Assembly: GCF_009914755.1 (NCBI RefSeq)
Contig: NC_060927.1
Reading direction: 5' to 3' (one strand)
DNA length: 64,000 nucleotides
Source of the DNA: the human T2T-CHM13v2.0 reference genome, Homo sapiens
Position numbers and translations under genes: made by a program. Below are positions 29,593 to 46,021 of the stretch, in pieces (positions within the stretch are counted from its first letter, which is position 1; each line of letters starts with the position of its first letter). The notes under the pieces were generated by a model that ran no database searches, was not told the origin of the DNA, and saw nothing but the letters and a program-made list of their open reading frames with translations.

Positions 29593-32017
29593 TGTATTAG
29601 TCTGTTTTGCATTACTAGGAAGAATTACCTCAGGCTGGGTGATTTCTAACAAATAGAGGTTTATTTGGCTCATGGCTCTGCAGGCTGTACAATAAGCATA
29701 ATACCAGTATCTGCTTCTGGTGAGGACATCAGGAGGCTTACAGTTATCGTGGAAGGCAAAGGGATAGGAGGTGTGTCATGGCAAGAGAGGGAGCAAGAAA
29801 GAGGGAGGAGGTCTCAGACTCTTCTTAACAACCAGATCTCGTATGAAATCATTACTGTGGGGAGAATACCAAGCCACTTATGAGGGGCCTGCTCCCATGA
29901 CCCAAACACCTCCCACTAGGTTCCACCTCCAACATTAGAGATCACATTTCAACATGAGATTTGGAGTTGAAATCTAAATATTTAAACTATATAATTCTGC
30001 CCCTGGGTCCCCAACTCTCATGTCCTCCTCACATTGCAAAATGTAATCATTCCTTCGCAATAGTCCCTAAAAGTCTTAACTCATTCTGGTATCAACTTGA
30101 AGGTCAAAAGTCTCATCTGAGACTCAAGGCAAGTTCCTTCCACTTATGAGTCTGTAATATCAAAGCAAGTTATTTACTTCTAAGATGCAATGGTGATACA
30201 GGCATTGAGTAAGCATTCTCATTCTGAAAGAGACATTGGCCAAAAGAAAGGGGCAACAGACTTGGCAAGCAAGTCCAAAACCCAGCAGGGAAGACATTAA
30301 ACCTAAAAGCTCCAAAATAATTCTTGACTTCATGGCTCACATCCGGGGAACACTGGTTCAAGGGGTGGGTCCCCAAGGCTTTAGACAGCTCTACCCCTGT
30401 GGATTTGCTGGTGCAGCCTATGTGGCTGCTGTCATGAGTTGGAGTCCATTGTCTGCAGCTTTTCAAGTTAAAGGTGCACACTGCTGCTGACTCTACCATT
30501 CTGGGGTCTGGAGGGCAGTGGACCCCTTCCCACAGCTCCACGAGGCAATGCCCAAGTGAGGACTGTGTGTGGAGCCTCCAACTCCACATTTTCCCTTGGC
30601 AGTGTCCTAGTAGAGGTTTCCTATGAACCCTCTGCCCCTATAGCAGGCTTCTGCCTGGGCACCTAGGCTTTCTGATACATCCTCTGAGATCTAGGTGGAA
30701 GCTGCCAAACCTCCTCCACTCTTGGATTCTGCACACCTGCAGACTTAACACAATGTGGATTCTTCCAAGACTTATAGCTTGTGCCTTCCAGAATGGCACC
30801 TTGAGTTGTACCTGGGTCCCTTTGAGCTTTGGCTGTATCTAGAACAGCCAGAATGCAGGGAACATCTCTCCAAAGTGGCAAAGAGCAGCAGGACCCTGGG
30901 CCTGGCCCCTGAAACTATTCTTTGCTCCTAGGCCTCTGGGCCTGTGATGCGAAGGGCCACCTCAGATATTTCTGTAATGCCTTGAGACCTTTTTTAAAAT
31001 CGTCTTGGCTATTAGGACATGACTCCCATTTATTCATGCTAATATCTCTAGCAATGGTTGCTTGCTCAAATTCCTCACCTGGAAATGCTCTTTCCTTCTC
31101 TACCACATGGCCAGGGTGTAGATTACCCAAATTGTTATGCTCTACTTCCCTTTTAATGATAAGTTCCAACTGTAAGTTCTTTCTGTGCTCCCATATCTGA
31201 TCACTGGCCATGAGAAGCTAGCACACCAAATCTTGCATGCTTTGCTGCTTAGAAATTCTTCCACCAGATACCCTAAGTCATCACTCAAGTTCAGTCTTCT
31301 GCAAAGTCATAGGGCATTGGCAAATGCAGCGATGTTCATTGCTAGGGCATTACAAGAGCAATCTTCGCTCCAGTTCCCAGTAAGTTCCTCATTTCCATCT
31401 GAGACTTCATCAGTCCAGCATTCACTCTCCATATTTCTATTAGCATTTTGGTTACAATCATTTAAACAGACTCTAAGAAGTTCCAAACTTTCTTTGTCTT
31501 CCTGTCATCTTCTGAGCCCTCCAAACTATTCCAACCTGTGCCTACTACCCAGCTTTAAAGCTGCTTCCACATTTGCAGGTGTTGTTATCACAATGCCCCA
31601 CTCCTTGGTACCAATTTTCTGATTAGTCAATTTTGTATTTCTATAAGGCAATAGTTGAGGCTGGGTAATTTATAAAGAAAAGAGGTTTATTTGGATCATC
31701 GTTCTGTAGACTGTACAAGAAATATGTCACCAGCATCTGCTTCTGGTGAAGGCCTCAGGAAGCTCCCAATCATGGTGGAAAGTGAAGGAGAAGCAGACAC
31801 GTCATATGACAAGAGAGGGAGCAAGAAAGAGGGAGAAGTTCCCAGACTCTTTTTAACAACCATATCTCATGTGAATATATTACTATGGGGAGAGCACCAA
31901 GCCTTTCATGAGGGATCTGCCTCTGTGACACAAACACCTCCCACCAGCCCCACCTCCAACACTGGAGATAATGCTTCAACATGAGATTTGGAGGATACAA
32001 ATATCCAAACTATGTCA
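29593..32017 (-). mobile_element. Full-length MST (ERVL-MaLR) element: LTR-internal-LTR
   Basis: Two similar LTRs (~29593-29992 and ~31620-32017, tgtattagtc...ccaaactat) flanking ~1.6 kb of MaLR internal sequence. Confidence 0.88.
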
Positions 32018-32207
32018 GCCTTTTATATCTTTTTTACGTCTACTTTTTCTGCCTAGAATTTACAGTACAATATTGAGTAACAGCAGTGAAAGTGGGCATG
32101 AGAGGGCAATGCTTACCTCTTAGAATGAGTTAGGAATTGCTGCCTCCTATTCTATTTTTTGGAGGAGTTTGGGAAGGATTATTTTCCATTCTTATTTATT
32201 TATTTAG

Positions 32208-32548
<341 letters not shown>

Positions 32549-33083
32549 ACTGGGAGTGTTTTAATTACTGATTCAATTTCTTACTACAGGTCTGTTGGGA
32601 TTATTCATTTCTTCTTGAGTTGGTTTAGGCAATTTGTGTTTCTAGGAATTGGTTCTTTTCATCTAGGTTATCTAACTTATGGGTATACAATTGTTCATAT
32701 TATTATAATCTTTTTTATTTTTGTAAATTTGGGATAATCCTTTTTATTTTTGTAAGATTGATAGTAATGTTTCTACTCTTATTTCTAATTTTAGTTATTT
32801 GCTGCTTCGCTTTTTGTCAGTCTTAACTAAAGGCTTATAATTTCATTTATCTTTTCAAATAAACAACTTTTGGTTTTGTTGATTTTGTTGTTTTTCTATT
32901 CTCTATTTCATTTATCTCTACTCTGATCTTCATTCTTTCCCCCTTCCTGCTAGTTTTTTTCTGTTTCCTCAAAGTATAAAGTTAGATTAATGGTTGGAGA
33001 TTTTTCTCTTTATATGGGTATATGCAGTTATAAGGTTCCTTCTGAGTATTGCCTGTGCTTCATCCTCTAAATTTTGGTATTGT

Positions 33084-33119
<36 letters not shown>

Positions 33120-34174
33120 ATCTTTATTACTTTCTAAGTATTTCCTAGTTTACCTTTTGATTTTTTTTCTTTATCTCATTGGTTTTAGAGGGATGTGTTA
33201 ATTTTCACACATTTGTAGTTTTTCCATATTCATTACATTGACTTCCAATTTCATTAAATTGTGATCAAAGAAGATACTTTGATTTTGACTTTATTAAATT
33301 TATTAAGAGTTACTTTTTGGCCCAACATAGTCTATTCTGGACAATGTTCCATATGCACTTGAGAAGAATGTGTGTTCTGCTGTTGATGGGTGGAGTGTTC
33401 TATATATGTTTGTTAGGTTTAATGGGTTTATAGTGTTATTCAAATCCTCTACTACTTTATTGGCCAACTGTTTAGATGTTCTCATTAATAAAAGTGGTGT
33501 ATTGGAGCCTTCAACTATTATTGTAAAATTATTTTTCCCTTCAATTCTGTCAGTGTTTGCTTTATATATTTTGAAGCTATGTTTGGTGCATATATATTTA
33601 CAATTTTTGTAGTTTCTTGATGAATTTACTTTTTTATCAATATAGAATGTCTTTATTTTTTGTAATTTTTTTTAGACATAAAGTCAGTTTTGCCTGGTAC
33701 TAGTATAGCTACCCCAGGTCTCTTTTGGTTACCATTAGCATGGAATATTCTTTTCCTTCCTTTCACTTTAACCTATTTGTGTCTTTAGATTTAAAGTGGG
33801 TCTCTTGTAGACAGAATATAATTGAATAATTTTTAAAAAATCCATTCTGCCAACCACTGCCTTTTCATTAATGAATTTTAATCCATTGACAATTGAAGTA
33901 ACTTTTGTTAAAGAAGGACTTCTGCTTGTTTGATATCTGTCTTCCAAATGGATAAATCCTTTTTTCTGTTCCTCATTTTCTCTATTATTATTTTCTTTTG
34001 TGTTTAGTTGATATTTTTAAATGAATTGTTTTGCTTCCTTTTTCGGTTTCTTTTATTTTTTTAAATATTGTCTTGGTGACTACAATGGGGATTACATTTA
34101 TCATAATAAATTTGTAACAGTCTAGTTTGAATTGACATCAACTTCAATAGCATACAAAAACTTTGTTCCCTTTA

Positions 34175-34378
34175 CACTTGGACACAGGGTGGGGAACTTC
34201 ACACACCAGGGCCTATCGTGGGGTGTGGGGAGGGGGGAGGGATAGCATTAGGAGAAATACCTAATGTAAATGACGAGTTAATGGGTGCAGAACACCAACA
34301 TGGCACATGTGTACATACGTAACAAACCTGCACATTGTGCACATGTACCCTAGAACTTAAAGTATAATAATAAAAAAA
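34175..34378 (+). mobile_element. Young L1PA 3'-end fragment
   Basis: ggggaggggggagggatagcattaggagaaatacctaatgtaaatgacgagttaatgggtgcag...aaagtataataataaaaa; flanked by aaaaactttgttc duplication. Confidence 0.92.
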
Positions 34379-34487
34379 CTTTGTTCTCTTTATGTTGCTG
34401 TTGTGACATATTATATCTTTATACATTTTATGCCCAATAGCATAGATCTATAATTATTTTTATGCTTTTGTTTTTTAAATAATGTAC

Positions 34488-34812
34488 AGCAGGGATCCTC
34501 AACCCTTGGTACTGGTCCATGGCCTATTTGGAATTGGGCCACACAGCAAGAGGTGAGTGGTAGGCGAGTGAGCATTACCTCCTGAGCTTCACCTCCTGTC
34601 AGATCAGTGGTGGCATTAGATTCTTATGAGCATGAACCCTATTGCGAACTGGGCATGCGAGGGATCTAGGTTGTATGCTCTTTATGAGAATCTAATGCCT
34701 GATGATCTGGGGTGGAGCAGTTTCACCTAAAATCATCCCCATCCCTGGTCCATGGAAAAATTGCCTTCCACAAAACCAGTCCCTGATGCCAAAAAGGTTT
34801 GGGAATGCTGCT
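34488..34812. mobile_element. MER1 element
   Basis: Similar to the copy at 27200-27532. Confidence 0.8.
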
Positions 34813-37800
34813 GTAGGACACAAAAAGTAGAGTTATAAATTAAGAATACCATAGTGCTGGATTTTACATTCACTCATGTAGTTACATTTATCAGAGCCCT
34901 TTGTCTCTTCACACAGTTTTGAGTTATTACCAGTGTCCTTTCATTTCAACCTGAAGGTCTACCTTAGTATTTCTTTCAAGACATGTCTAGTGGTAACAGA
35001 CTCCCTCAGTTTTTGTTTACCTTGGAATGGCCTAATTTCTCCCTTATTTTTGCCTGATATAGAAATTTTGGTTGTCAGTCTTTTTCATTCAGCACTTTAA
35101 ATATGTCATTCCACATGCTTTTAGTTTTCATAGTTTCTGACGGGGGAATTGGCTGTTTATCCTAATGCGGCTCCCTTGTACAAGAGGAGTTGCTTCATCT
35201 TGCTGCTTTCAATATTTTTTGATTTTTGAGAGTTTGATTATAATGTGCCTCAACGTGGGTGTCTGAGTTTATCTTAGCTGGGATTTGTTGAGATTCTTGG
35301 GTGTGTATATTCATATCTTTCATCATATTTAAGACAATTGTTTTAAAGTCTTTGTCTAGTAAGCCCACTACCTGGGCTTTCTCAGGGATAGCATCTGTTC
35401 ATTTATTTTGTTCCTTTAAGTAGGCCATATTTTTCTGTTTCTTTATATAACTTGTGATTTTTGTTGTTGAAAACTGGACATTTGAATATGATAACCCTGG
35501 AAATCAGATGCTCACCCTTCCCTGGGGTTTGCATTTTCTTTCTATATTTATTGTTGAAGGTTGTAGTAGTCCATTGTCTAGTGACATTTCCAAACTATTT
35601 TGGCAGAGTCTATATTGCTTGTCATATATAGTTCTTTAGTTTTTTTTTTTTTAATCTCATGTTTGACAGAGATTTCCTTGAACATCAGAGGTGGAGCCAG
35701 TGTTGGGGGCAAACAAGTACCTCTTTCAGGCTTTGCAGATTGGCTCTTTTCTAGGACCCTTCCCTTCTTGAACACTTAGCCTGATTTTCACTGAGACAAG
35801 AGATTCATCCAAGGTGAAACTTAAGATCTTTTGAGGTCTTTTTTGAGCATGGTTCTTGCCCTTGGCATATGTATGGCATTCTAAATTCCCCCATAAATAC
35901 AGATAACTTTGATTGCTAAGAAACTCTCTTCCCAGGTTTCTCTCTTAAGCCTTGGTCTGTTTGTTGTATGTCTCAACTTTAATCTCCTGCCTTAGATGTC
36001 AGTGGGTTGCTCATCCACTTTGCAGTGTTTTCAAATAAGGCCCACTACGTTTCTGGCCTTGGTGATTTTTCCAGTTAGACCAACTAAGATAAGCACCTTG
36101 CATGACTCTTTCAGATCACCCTGTCAGGTTAGAACAGACCTGTATGATAATTTGCATATAAGGTCTGCTATACTTCCTCTGGTATTAGGGAACAGGATCC
36201 CATACTGGGAATGTGGGCTGCTTTCTTCAAGAGTGTTGCTGAGCCAGGAGAGTGTGGGGCATGAGCAAGTAAAATACCAGAAAGCTTTTCAACCATTTAT
36301 AAATTAGCTTTTCCTTGATTCCATGTTCACTAGGTGGCTGTAAGCCTTTGATTGTTTTCCAGAGTTCTGACAATGTTGATTCTGAAAGTTTCTGCTTGTT
36401 TTTTGATTTGTGTGTGTGTGGTTGGGATTGGTGGGGACCAAGGGGTTTGAGACTGCCTACTTGGTCCTTTTGCTAATTTCTTAAGGAAATTGACTTATCT
36501 TGTAGATTGTTAGAAAATTTATCTTAATACTTTTAATGAAATAATTGTTATTAATACATTGTGGAGTACTGGTTAGCTGTCAGATGAAGAAGATCTCAGC
36601 CATAAAGTGATCTACAGGATACATTTTTAAATGAGAAAAGAAAGGTGGAGAAAACATGAAAGTTTCTCATCATGTATCTGGAAAAAGGAGTTTGGGAGAT
36701 CATGCCATTGTGTGTGCATATTTGCTTATATTATGGAAAATGGAGTAACAAAATTTTTGAGTTTGCTATAGGAAGGGAGAAAATATATGTGCGTGGGAGA
36801 TGTAGAATCTAGATATAATGGAATATTCCTTATTTTGTAGATTTGATGTGAGAATCAGGTATTTCAAATAATCATGAAACAAAATTTTACAAATACAAAG
36901 CAAACTTTATTAATGTAAAATGAAAGACGTTAACTTAATTGTATCCAGCTGGTTAATGCTCATACAGAAATGAACTATTTCAAATGACCTTATGTATCTC
37001 CCTCTCTCTCTCTCTCTCCCTCTCCCCCCTCCCTCCCTCTCTGTCTCTCTCTCATCTCTCTATCTCTCAACAGACACATCCACATATTAAAAAAAATTTT
37101 TCAACCGTCTTTGTCCATTGAAAAGGCCTAGAAACAGTGGGCACACAATGGCAAGGTCAGAAATACAGAAAGGAATAAGTATAAATAAGTGTATATTGGT
37201 AAATATAAATGAATATTGACTGTTTAAACAATATCACATGGGTTAAAAATTTAAATTAAAATACATGAAAATGATATATAAATTATGAAAAAGTAAAAAG
37301 TTAGATTCTGATTAATAGATCTGGGGTGGGGATGGAGATTTTGCATATTTTTCCTATTTCTTTTAAAAATTTCAATAGTTTTGGGGGTACAGGTGGTTGT
37401 TGGTTACATGCATAAAGTTCTTTAGTGGTGAATTCTGAGATTTTGGTGTATCTTTCACCCAAGCAGTGTACATTGCACTTAATATGTGTCTTTTTTATCC
37501 TTTACAAAAAGTTAAATTTTTATTTTTAGTTCTGGGGTACATGTGAAGGATGTGCAGGTTTGTTACACAGGTAAACGTGTGCCAAAGTGGTTTGTTCCAC
37601 CTATCAACCCATTACCTAGGTATTAAGCCCAGCATGCATTAACTATTTTTCATTTTTAACAAATTCCCAGATTATTTTTATTCTTTCTGTCTAAGAAAAC
37701 ATTGTGGCTAGCAAGGCATAGTGTCTTTACTATCTTGGAAGAAGTAACATAGTAGTAGACTTTAATATGTCAGGTGTGATTGATGTAATCATTATTATAA

Positions 37801-37835
37801 CTATAAAAAGAGTAGTAAAAGAATATAAAACTACC

Positions 37836-38310
37836 TGTGAAGCAGATTCACTCTGCACTCTTCACCTTATCTGAGTCTGGTGAGACAGAACACACTCATA
37901 CACAAGTTACATGAAGTGGTTTATTACTTACCGATAGGCAGCAAAGGACAACAGTAGCCTAGGATTCTTCACAAGCCAGTCCCCCAAAGATCAGGAAAAC
38001 TGCCTTGGACAGATGGAGTCTCATCTGTGTGGGTCTAACTTGCAGCACAGCTGAGGGAACCTGGAAAGAAGCCCAACCAGAGTTTTATACCCAGAGGCAT
38101 TGTGTTTCACTGTGATTCAGTGCTAAAGCACTGAAAGACATCCTGTTTCTCTGGGGAGACTGAAACAGAGCCCAGGCTCTTCTGCCCCAGCCCCCCATAT
38201 CTCAGGATGCTGCATTTCCACCACATTCTACAGTTATTCTTGAGAATGACAAGCAAGAAAAAGGAGAGAACTGGATTGGTCCAAGGCCATCTGGACAACT
38301 GTCCTGCACT
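37836..38310. mobile_element. ERV solo LTR (family uncertain)
   Basis: TG...CA ends with LTR-like internal tttattacttac; not confidently classified. Confidence 0.55.
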
Positions 38311-38619
38311 CTCAAGTTAATGGTGAAGGAAATGAAATAATAAAATATAATTGGTTTGAAAAGAACTTAAGAAAAAATGGAAGAAATAGTAGTTAGATGG
38401 TAGACTCAAACCCAAATGTTTGTGAACTAAATGTTCCAATTGAAAGACAAGATTGTCAGGCTGGTAAAACTATATGCAGCTTTATAAGAAATATAAGAAA
38501 TATTTAAAATATATGACAAAGAATGAAAGTAAAGGATTAAAAAAAGATGGTCATGGAAACTAACCAAAAGAAAGCCGTGATAAATATCAGAAAAGGTAAT
38601 CTTTAATGAAGAATATTAC

Positions 38620-39229
<610 letters not shown>

Positions 39230-39269
39230 AAGAATATTACTGGAGAAAAATAGAAACATTTTGTAAAAG

Positions 39270-39380
39270 TAACTTCTCCTCACCTGGAATATTTGAAAAA
39301 CTGGACAAATGAACTTTTGTAACAGTCAAAGCTTATCTAGATTGGGCTGCTCAGGAAGTTGCAAGTTATCTCCCATATTG
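39270..39380 (+). pseudogene. EBLN fragment (probable continuation of unit 10)
   Basis: NFSSPG (39271-39288) ~ DFESPG; TFVTVKAYL (39313-39339) ~ TYTTIKEYL. Confidence 0.7.
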
Positions 39381-39659
39381 TGCTCCAACCATTCCAAACT
39401 CACTTTCTCCAAACACACAGGCTGTTTTATAGTTCTGTGAGTAGATACAAACAAAATCTTTTTAGTATGAGAATTTCCCCAAGGTAGCATGGGGCTACAC
39501 TGGAGATTTTGATTTCTCACCAAATACAACCTCTTGTCCCTGTTGCCTACTGTAGTGCCTGACACATAGAGCTCAAAAATCATGGATAACTCTGTGGATG
39601 GAAAGAAAAGAGGACTCCTCAGGCCTTCTCCAACTCTGACGTTCTTGGAATTCCAATTT

Positions 39660-39950
39660 ACTGAGCAGAGCCTTACTCAAGATCTGATGAATCAATTAAT
39701 GAGTATTAGGAGGGGTCAAGGACAAAATCAGGATCAGAGGAGATCATCTAAAAATAGCTAGTGTTTTTAACCTATCAGTTACTAATAGTTTATGTTTGCA
39801 GACATGTTTGGGTTCAGAGATTTGCAAAGAAGGTCCCTTATTTTTCTTTGTAGTTTTTGCTAAGGAAGGGGATGGAGAAAAGGGACAGCCTCACCAGGAC
39901 TGTGAGTGTCAAATGGCATGTCTGTCTATGAGTGTCAAATGGCATGTCTA
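39660..39950 (+). pseudogene. EBLN unit 11 (C-terminal half)
   Basis: DLMNQL (39681-39698) ~ EFMDQI; LFFFVVFAKEGDGEKGQP (39838-39891) ungapped to LFPFLGAIRHPDAIKLAP. Confidence 0.65.
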
Positions 39951-40196
39951 TATGTACCCTCTCCTCTCCTCCCCCATCACTGGGGATCATTCATCTTGAA
40001 TTCCCAGAATCTTTTCCACTCAGCATTCAATGGTCCATCTCTAATTCCTACCTACTGTCATCCTATTACCCTCTAGGTGGCCCTCTTTGAGAAGCTAAAC
40101 CAGACACATAGCTGTAAAGAACACAAAAAGCCCACACCTGTCCTGGAGGAAGAAGCATTCTGCATGCTGACAAAGTTTGAAAATGCAGTTACTCCC

Positions 40197-40920
<724 letters not shown>

Positions 40921-41132
40921 CTCCCCTAGTCGCAGCCCCCGTATTTTGCTCCCACAGGCCATGTGACTGGCCTCTTGGCAGGCTCTCACAGTGGTCCGGT
41001 TGATGCCCCTCAATAAGCCTGAATTAAGGCGTAGGCACTTCCTACCCTCTCCCCACTCTGAGGACAGATGGTGGTTTTCGGCACTGAACACATCAGTGAT
41101 TCTCCAAAATTGATCCAAAAATTGATGAAATC

Positions 41133-41430
41133 GGCTGGGCACGGGTGGCTCACGCCTCTAATCCTAGCACTTTGGGAGGCCGAGGCGGGTGGCTCACCTG
41201 AGGTCAGGAGTTTGAGATCAGCCTGGCCAACATGGTGAAACCCTGTCTCTACTAAAAATACACCAAATTAGCCAGGCGTGGTGGCAGGCACCTGTAGTCC
41301 CAGCTACTCGGGAGGCTGAGGCAGAAGAATCGCTTGAACCAGGAGGCCGAGATTGCAGTGAGCCAAGATAGCGCCACTGCACTCCAGCCCAGGTGACAGT
41401 GCAAGACTCCGTCTCAAAACACAAAAAAAA
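41133..41430 (+). mobile_element. AluS
   Basis: Sense Alu; TSD aaaaattgatgaaatc / aaaaattgataaaatc. Confidence 0.93.
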
Positions 41431-41936
41431 TTGATAAAATCTTTCTCAGATTTTTATTTTCCAGTGATTTTATACCGTCAATCTACATGAGAATTTCAGG
41501 TGTCATCTAATCATTTTTTATCACCTACTTTGAAATTTCTGCCTGATACTATCACTTTAGAATGTACTATCTGTAGCATATTGTAAAGTACAAATACAGT
41601 GCAAGACATATATGTGATTTACAATTCTCTAGTAACCATATTTTAAAAGGTAGAAAATTATGAGTTGCGAAAATTTTATTTAATACATCTAAAATATTAT
41701 CTTAGCATGTAATCAATACATTATTATATATTTTACTTTTGTTTTTGCCACTAAAACGCTTCAAATGTGGTGTATATTTATCGGCCTTTCAATTTGAACT
41801 AGGAACTTTTCAAGTGCTCATGAGTCACAGGCGACTAGTGACTACCATATTGGACAGTCCACTTGTTATCTATGTCAGCTCAAATGAACAACATTTAAAC
41901 ATGTTAACTAGTGTTATACAGTTATGGAAGTGAAAG

Positions 41937-42091
41937 TTTTTTTTTTTTTTTTTTTTGAGACGGAGTTTCGCTCTTGTCGCCCAGGCTTGAATGCAATGAC
42001 GAGATCTCGGCTCACTGCAGGTTCCAGCGATTCTCCTGCCTCAGCCTACTGAGTAACTGGGATTACAGGCATGCGCCACCACACCTGGCTA

Positions 42092-42128
<37 letters not shown>

Positions 42129-42228
42129 TGTGTAGTTTTAGTAGAGATGGGGTTTCAGCATGTTGGCCAGCCTGGTCACAAACTCCTGACCTCAGATAAT
42201 CCGCCCGCCTCGGCCTCCCAAAGTGATG
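41937..42228 (-). mobile_element. Alu with (TG)n in the linker
   Basis: Antisense Alu with TG repeat at 42094-42132. Confidence 0.9.
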
Positions 42229-42527
42229 GCATTTTATAAACTTCCCAGTAATTGGTAAGTATGAAGTGGTGTCTCACCTTCACCAGACTGAACTGTTTCT
42301 TTACATGTTGTACTCTCATTGTGCCAGCAGAGGGCACCTGGAGATGGCAAGACAGTATTAACCTTGAAGCACTCCCAGACTGAGACTATCTACTGGATTG
42401 GCTGAATGTGAAAACCAAGGCACCAATTCAGTTAGAAAAAAAAAAAATCCTACCTTTACAAAAGCAGTACTTTATCAATGAGTACACATATCTCATTGTG
42501 TTTCAAAGATACTACTAGTAGATGCTA

Positions 42528-42740
<213 letters not shown>

Positions 42741-42974
42741 TTACAGAGCCAGACTCTGCCTCAAAAAAAAAAAAAAAAAAAAGAAAGAAAAATAATAGAA
42801 AGTGCATTATTGACAATAAAATTCCTGATAGAGGAGCCAGAGACATATATTCATATATGTTTTATATATAAAACACAGACCTAAATGTGTATATATAAGA
42901 AATTGCCCTTACATATATGAGAAACTTGCCTAATATACACCTATATGTGCATATATAAGAAACTGGCCTTTTAT

Positions 42975-45241
42975 AGACATATCTCATTGTGTTTCAAAGA
43001 TACTGTGTTTTTTTTTTTATAAATTGAAGGTTTGTGGAAACCCTGCATTGAGCAAATCTCACCACCATTTTCCTAACAGTATTTCAAACTTCATTATTGT
43101 TATATCTGTTATGGTGATTTGCAATCAGTGATCCTTATGTTACTATTGTAATTGTTTTGGGGCATCATAAACTATGCCCAAATAAGATGGTTAATTTAGT
43201 AGATAAATACTGTTTGTGTTCTGACGGCTCTACCAATAGCCATTCCCCTATTTCTCTCCCTCACCTCGGGCCTCAGTATTCCCTGAGATACAACAATATT
43301 GAAATGAGGCTATTTAATAACCCTACAGTGGCCTCCAAGTGTCCAAGTGAAAGGTAGAGTTGTGCACCTCACACTTTCAATCTAATGCTAGAAATGATTG
43401 AAGTTCAGTGAGGAACATATGTCAAAAGTTGAGACAGGCTGAAAGCTAGGCTTCTTGCACCAACCAGCCAAGTTGTGAATGTAAAGGTTTTGAAGGAAAT
43501 TAAAAGTGCTACTCCAGTGAATACACGAGTGATAAAGTGAAAGAGCCTTATTGCTTATATGGAGAAAGTTTCAGTTCTCTGGATAGAAGATGAAACCAGC
43601 CACAAGTCTCCTTTAGCCAAGCCTACTCTAGAAGAAGGCCCTAATGCTCTTCAATTCTTTGAACTATGAGAGAGGTGAGAAAGCTGCAGAAGGAAAGTTT
43701 GAAGCTAGCAGAGGTTGGTTCATGAAGTTTGAGGAAAGAAGCCACCTCCATAAAAGCACAAGATGAAGCAGCAAGTGCTGATGTAGAAGCTGTAGCAAAT
43801 TGTCCAGAAGATCTAGCAAAGATGATCGATGAAGGTGGCTATACCAAACAACAGGTTTTCAATGTGGATGAATCAGCCTTGTATTGGAAGAAGATGTCAT
43901 CTAGGGCTGTCAAAGCTAGAGTGAAGTTAATGCCTGGCTTAAAGCTTCAAAGGACAGGCTGACTCTCTTTTTAGAAGCTAATGCAGCTGGTGATTTTCAG
44001 TTGAAGTCAGTGCTCACCCTTCCAAAAGTCTGAGAATCCTTAAGACTTCTGCTTAATTTACTCTATCTGTGCTCTATGAATGGAAAAATGTAACGTGGAT
44101 GACAGCACATCTACTTACAGCATGGTTTGCTGAATATTTTAAGCCCACTGTTGAGACCAACTGCTCAGAAAAAAAAATTCCTTTTAAAATATTATTGCTC
44201 ATTGATGATGCACCTAGTCACCCTAGAGCTTTGATAGAGATATACAAGGATATTAATGTTGTTTTCATGCCTGCTAACATAACATCCATTCTACAGCCCG
44301 TAGACCAAGGAATAATTTGAACTTTCAAGTCTGATTATTTAAAAATTTCACATTGTGAGGCCATAGCTGCCATAGATTGTCATTCCTCTGTTGGATCTGG
44401 GCAAAGTAAATTGAAAAACTTCTGGAAGGGATTCAACATTTGCGATGCCATTAAAAGCATTCATGATTCATGGGAAGAGGTTAAAATATCAACATTAACA
44501 GGAATTCAGAAGAAGTTGATTCTAATCCTCATGAATGACTTGGAGAGGTTCAAGACTCCTGTGGAGAAAATAAATGCAAATGTGATTGAAATAGCAAGAT
44601 AACAATAATTGGGATGGTGCCTGAATACGTGACTTAATTGTTGCAATCTGATGATCAAACTTGAGTGGATAAGAAGTTGCTTCTTCTGGATGAGCAAAGA
44701 AAGTGGTTTCTTAAGATGGAATCTACTCCTGGTGAAGATGCTGTGAACATTGTTAAAATGAAAACAAAATATTTAAAACATTATATAAACTTAGCAGGTA
44801 AAGCAACAGCATGGTTTGAGAGCACTGACTCCAATTTTTAAAGTTATATTGTGGATGAAACTCTATCAAATAACATCCCATGCTACAGAGAAATCTTTCA
44901 TGAAAATAAGTCAGTTGATGCAGCAAATTTCATTGTTGTCTAATTTTAAGAAATTGCCACAGCCACCCCAACCTTTTAGCAACCACCACCCTGATCTGTC
45001 AGCAGCCATCAACATCAAGGCAAGACCATCCATCTGCAAAAAGTTTGCAATGGTCTGAAGGATCTTTAGCAGTTTTTAGCAATAAAATATTTTTAAATTA
45101 AGGTATAATGCTATTGCACACTTAAACTATGTTAGAGTGTAAACACAACTTTTATGTGCACTGGGAAACCGGAATATTTGTGATATTTGTTTTATTGCAG
45201 TGGTCTGGAACTCAATCTGCAATCTCTCAGTGGTATGCCTG
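42975..45241 (+). mobile_element. Near full-length Tigger1 DNA transposon
   Basis: Terminal inverted-repeat remnants (agacatatctc / ggtatgcctg); decayed pogo-type DDE transposase ORFs ([40 protein letters not shown]). Confidence 0.93.
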
Positions 45242-45249
45242 TGCATCAT

Positions 45250-46010
45250 ATTAGAGTATACATAGGTCATATATAATATGAAGATGAGGGAAAAGAGAAT
45301 GCAGATGCACATAGGATGTGCTAGTAGAAAGTGAATGGAATTTCTATTTTTGATTTCTTTTTTTCCTTCTGTGTAGTAGAAGGGAATTTCCTGTGTTGAG
45401 AACGAGGAGGCAAGGAAGTTTGAGGAACGTGAAATATGACGACAAGTTATGTTCTACAATAGAACAGTGAGATTTAGAAGCTTGTGGAGAATGGTGACAG
45501 TTTAGAAGAAGAGCTGAGCTAAATGATAGAGGGGACTGACTAGGAATTGCTGAGCACTGTAGATTGAGAAAACAGCTGTGATTGGACTGTGCTCATTTAT
45601 TGTGGCATCAATCTTCATGGTTGCTTGGTTTCAGCAGCCACATCGGCAACCCATATGTAGAAGCAGAAGAGGTGAATGGTTGAGAGTGATGCATTGTTGG
45701 GGTTCAGATGGGCATGTGTAACAGGGAGGCCTAGAGCCAGAGGAGAGAAAGAGGTTAAGGTAAAGCACTATGAGATCTTTGGGTGAGGCCAGGGGGGCAA
45801 GAAGTAACATTCTTGGAGAGTAGGGAAAAGTTTTCCATCAGATCACCACAAGATCAGAGTTCACGGGTCATGAAATAAGGGGGTTAGTGTAAAGGATGAA
45901 TTGTTATAGTCAGAAAGAAAATATTTTAGATATGGTATAGGTCTTGAGCCCATATAGTAAATAACTGAAGTGGAGTGCAAAGAGAGGCAACTATGGTTGA
46001 GAACACAAAG
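45250..46010. mobile_element. Probable L2 fragment
   Basis: Purine-rich degenerate sequence resembling L2; classification by eye. Confidence 0.45.
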
Positions 46011-46021
46011 ACCCATAATCC

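Noticed and set aside
43729-44602. Tigger transposase ORFs as a domesticated TIGD gene
   Set aside because: Multiple stops and frameshifts; an ordinary decayed Tigger1.
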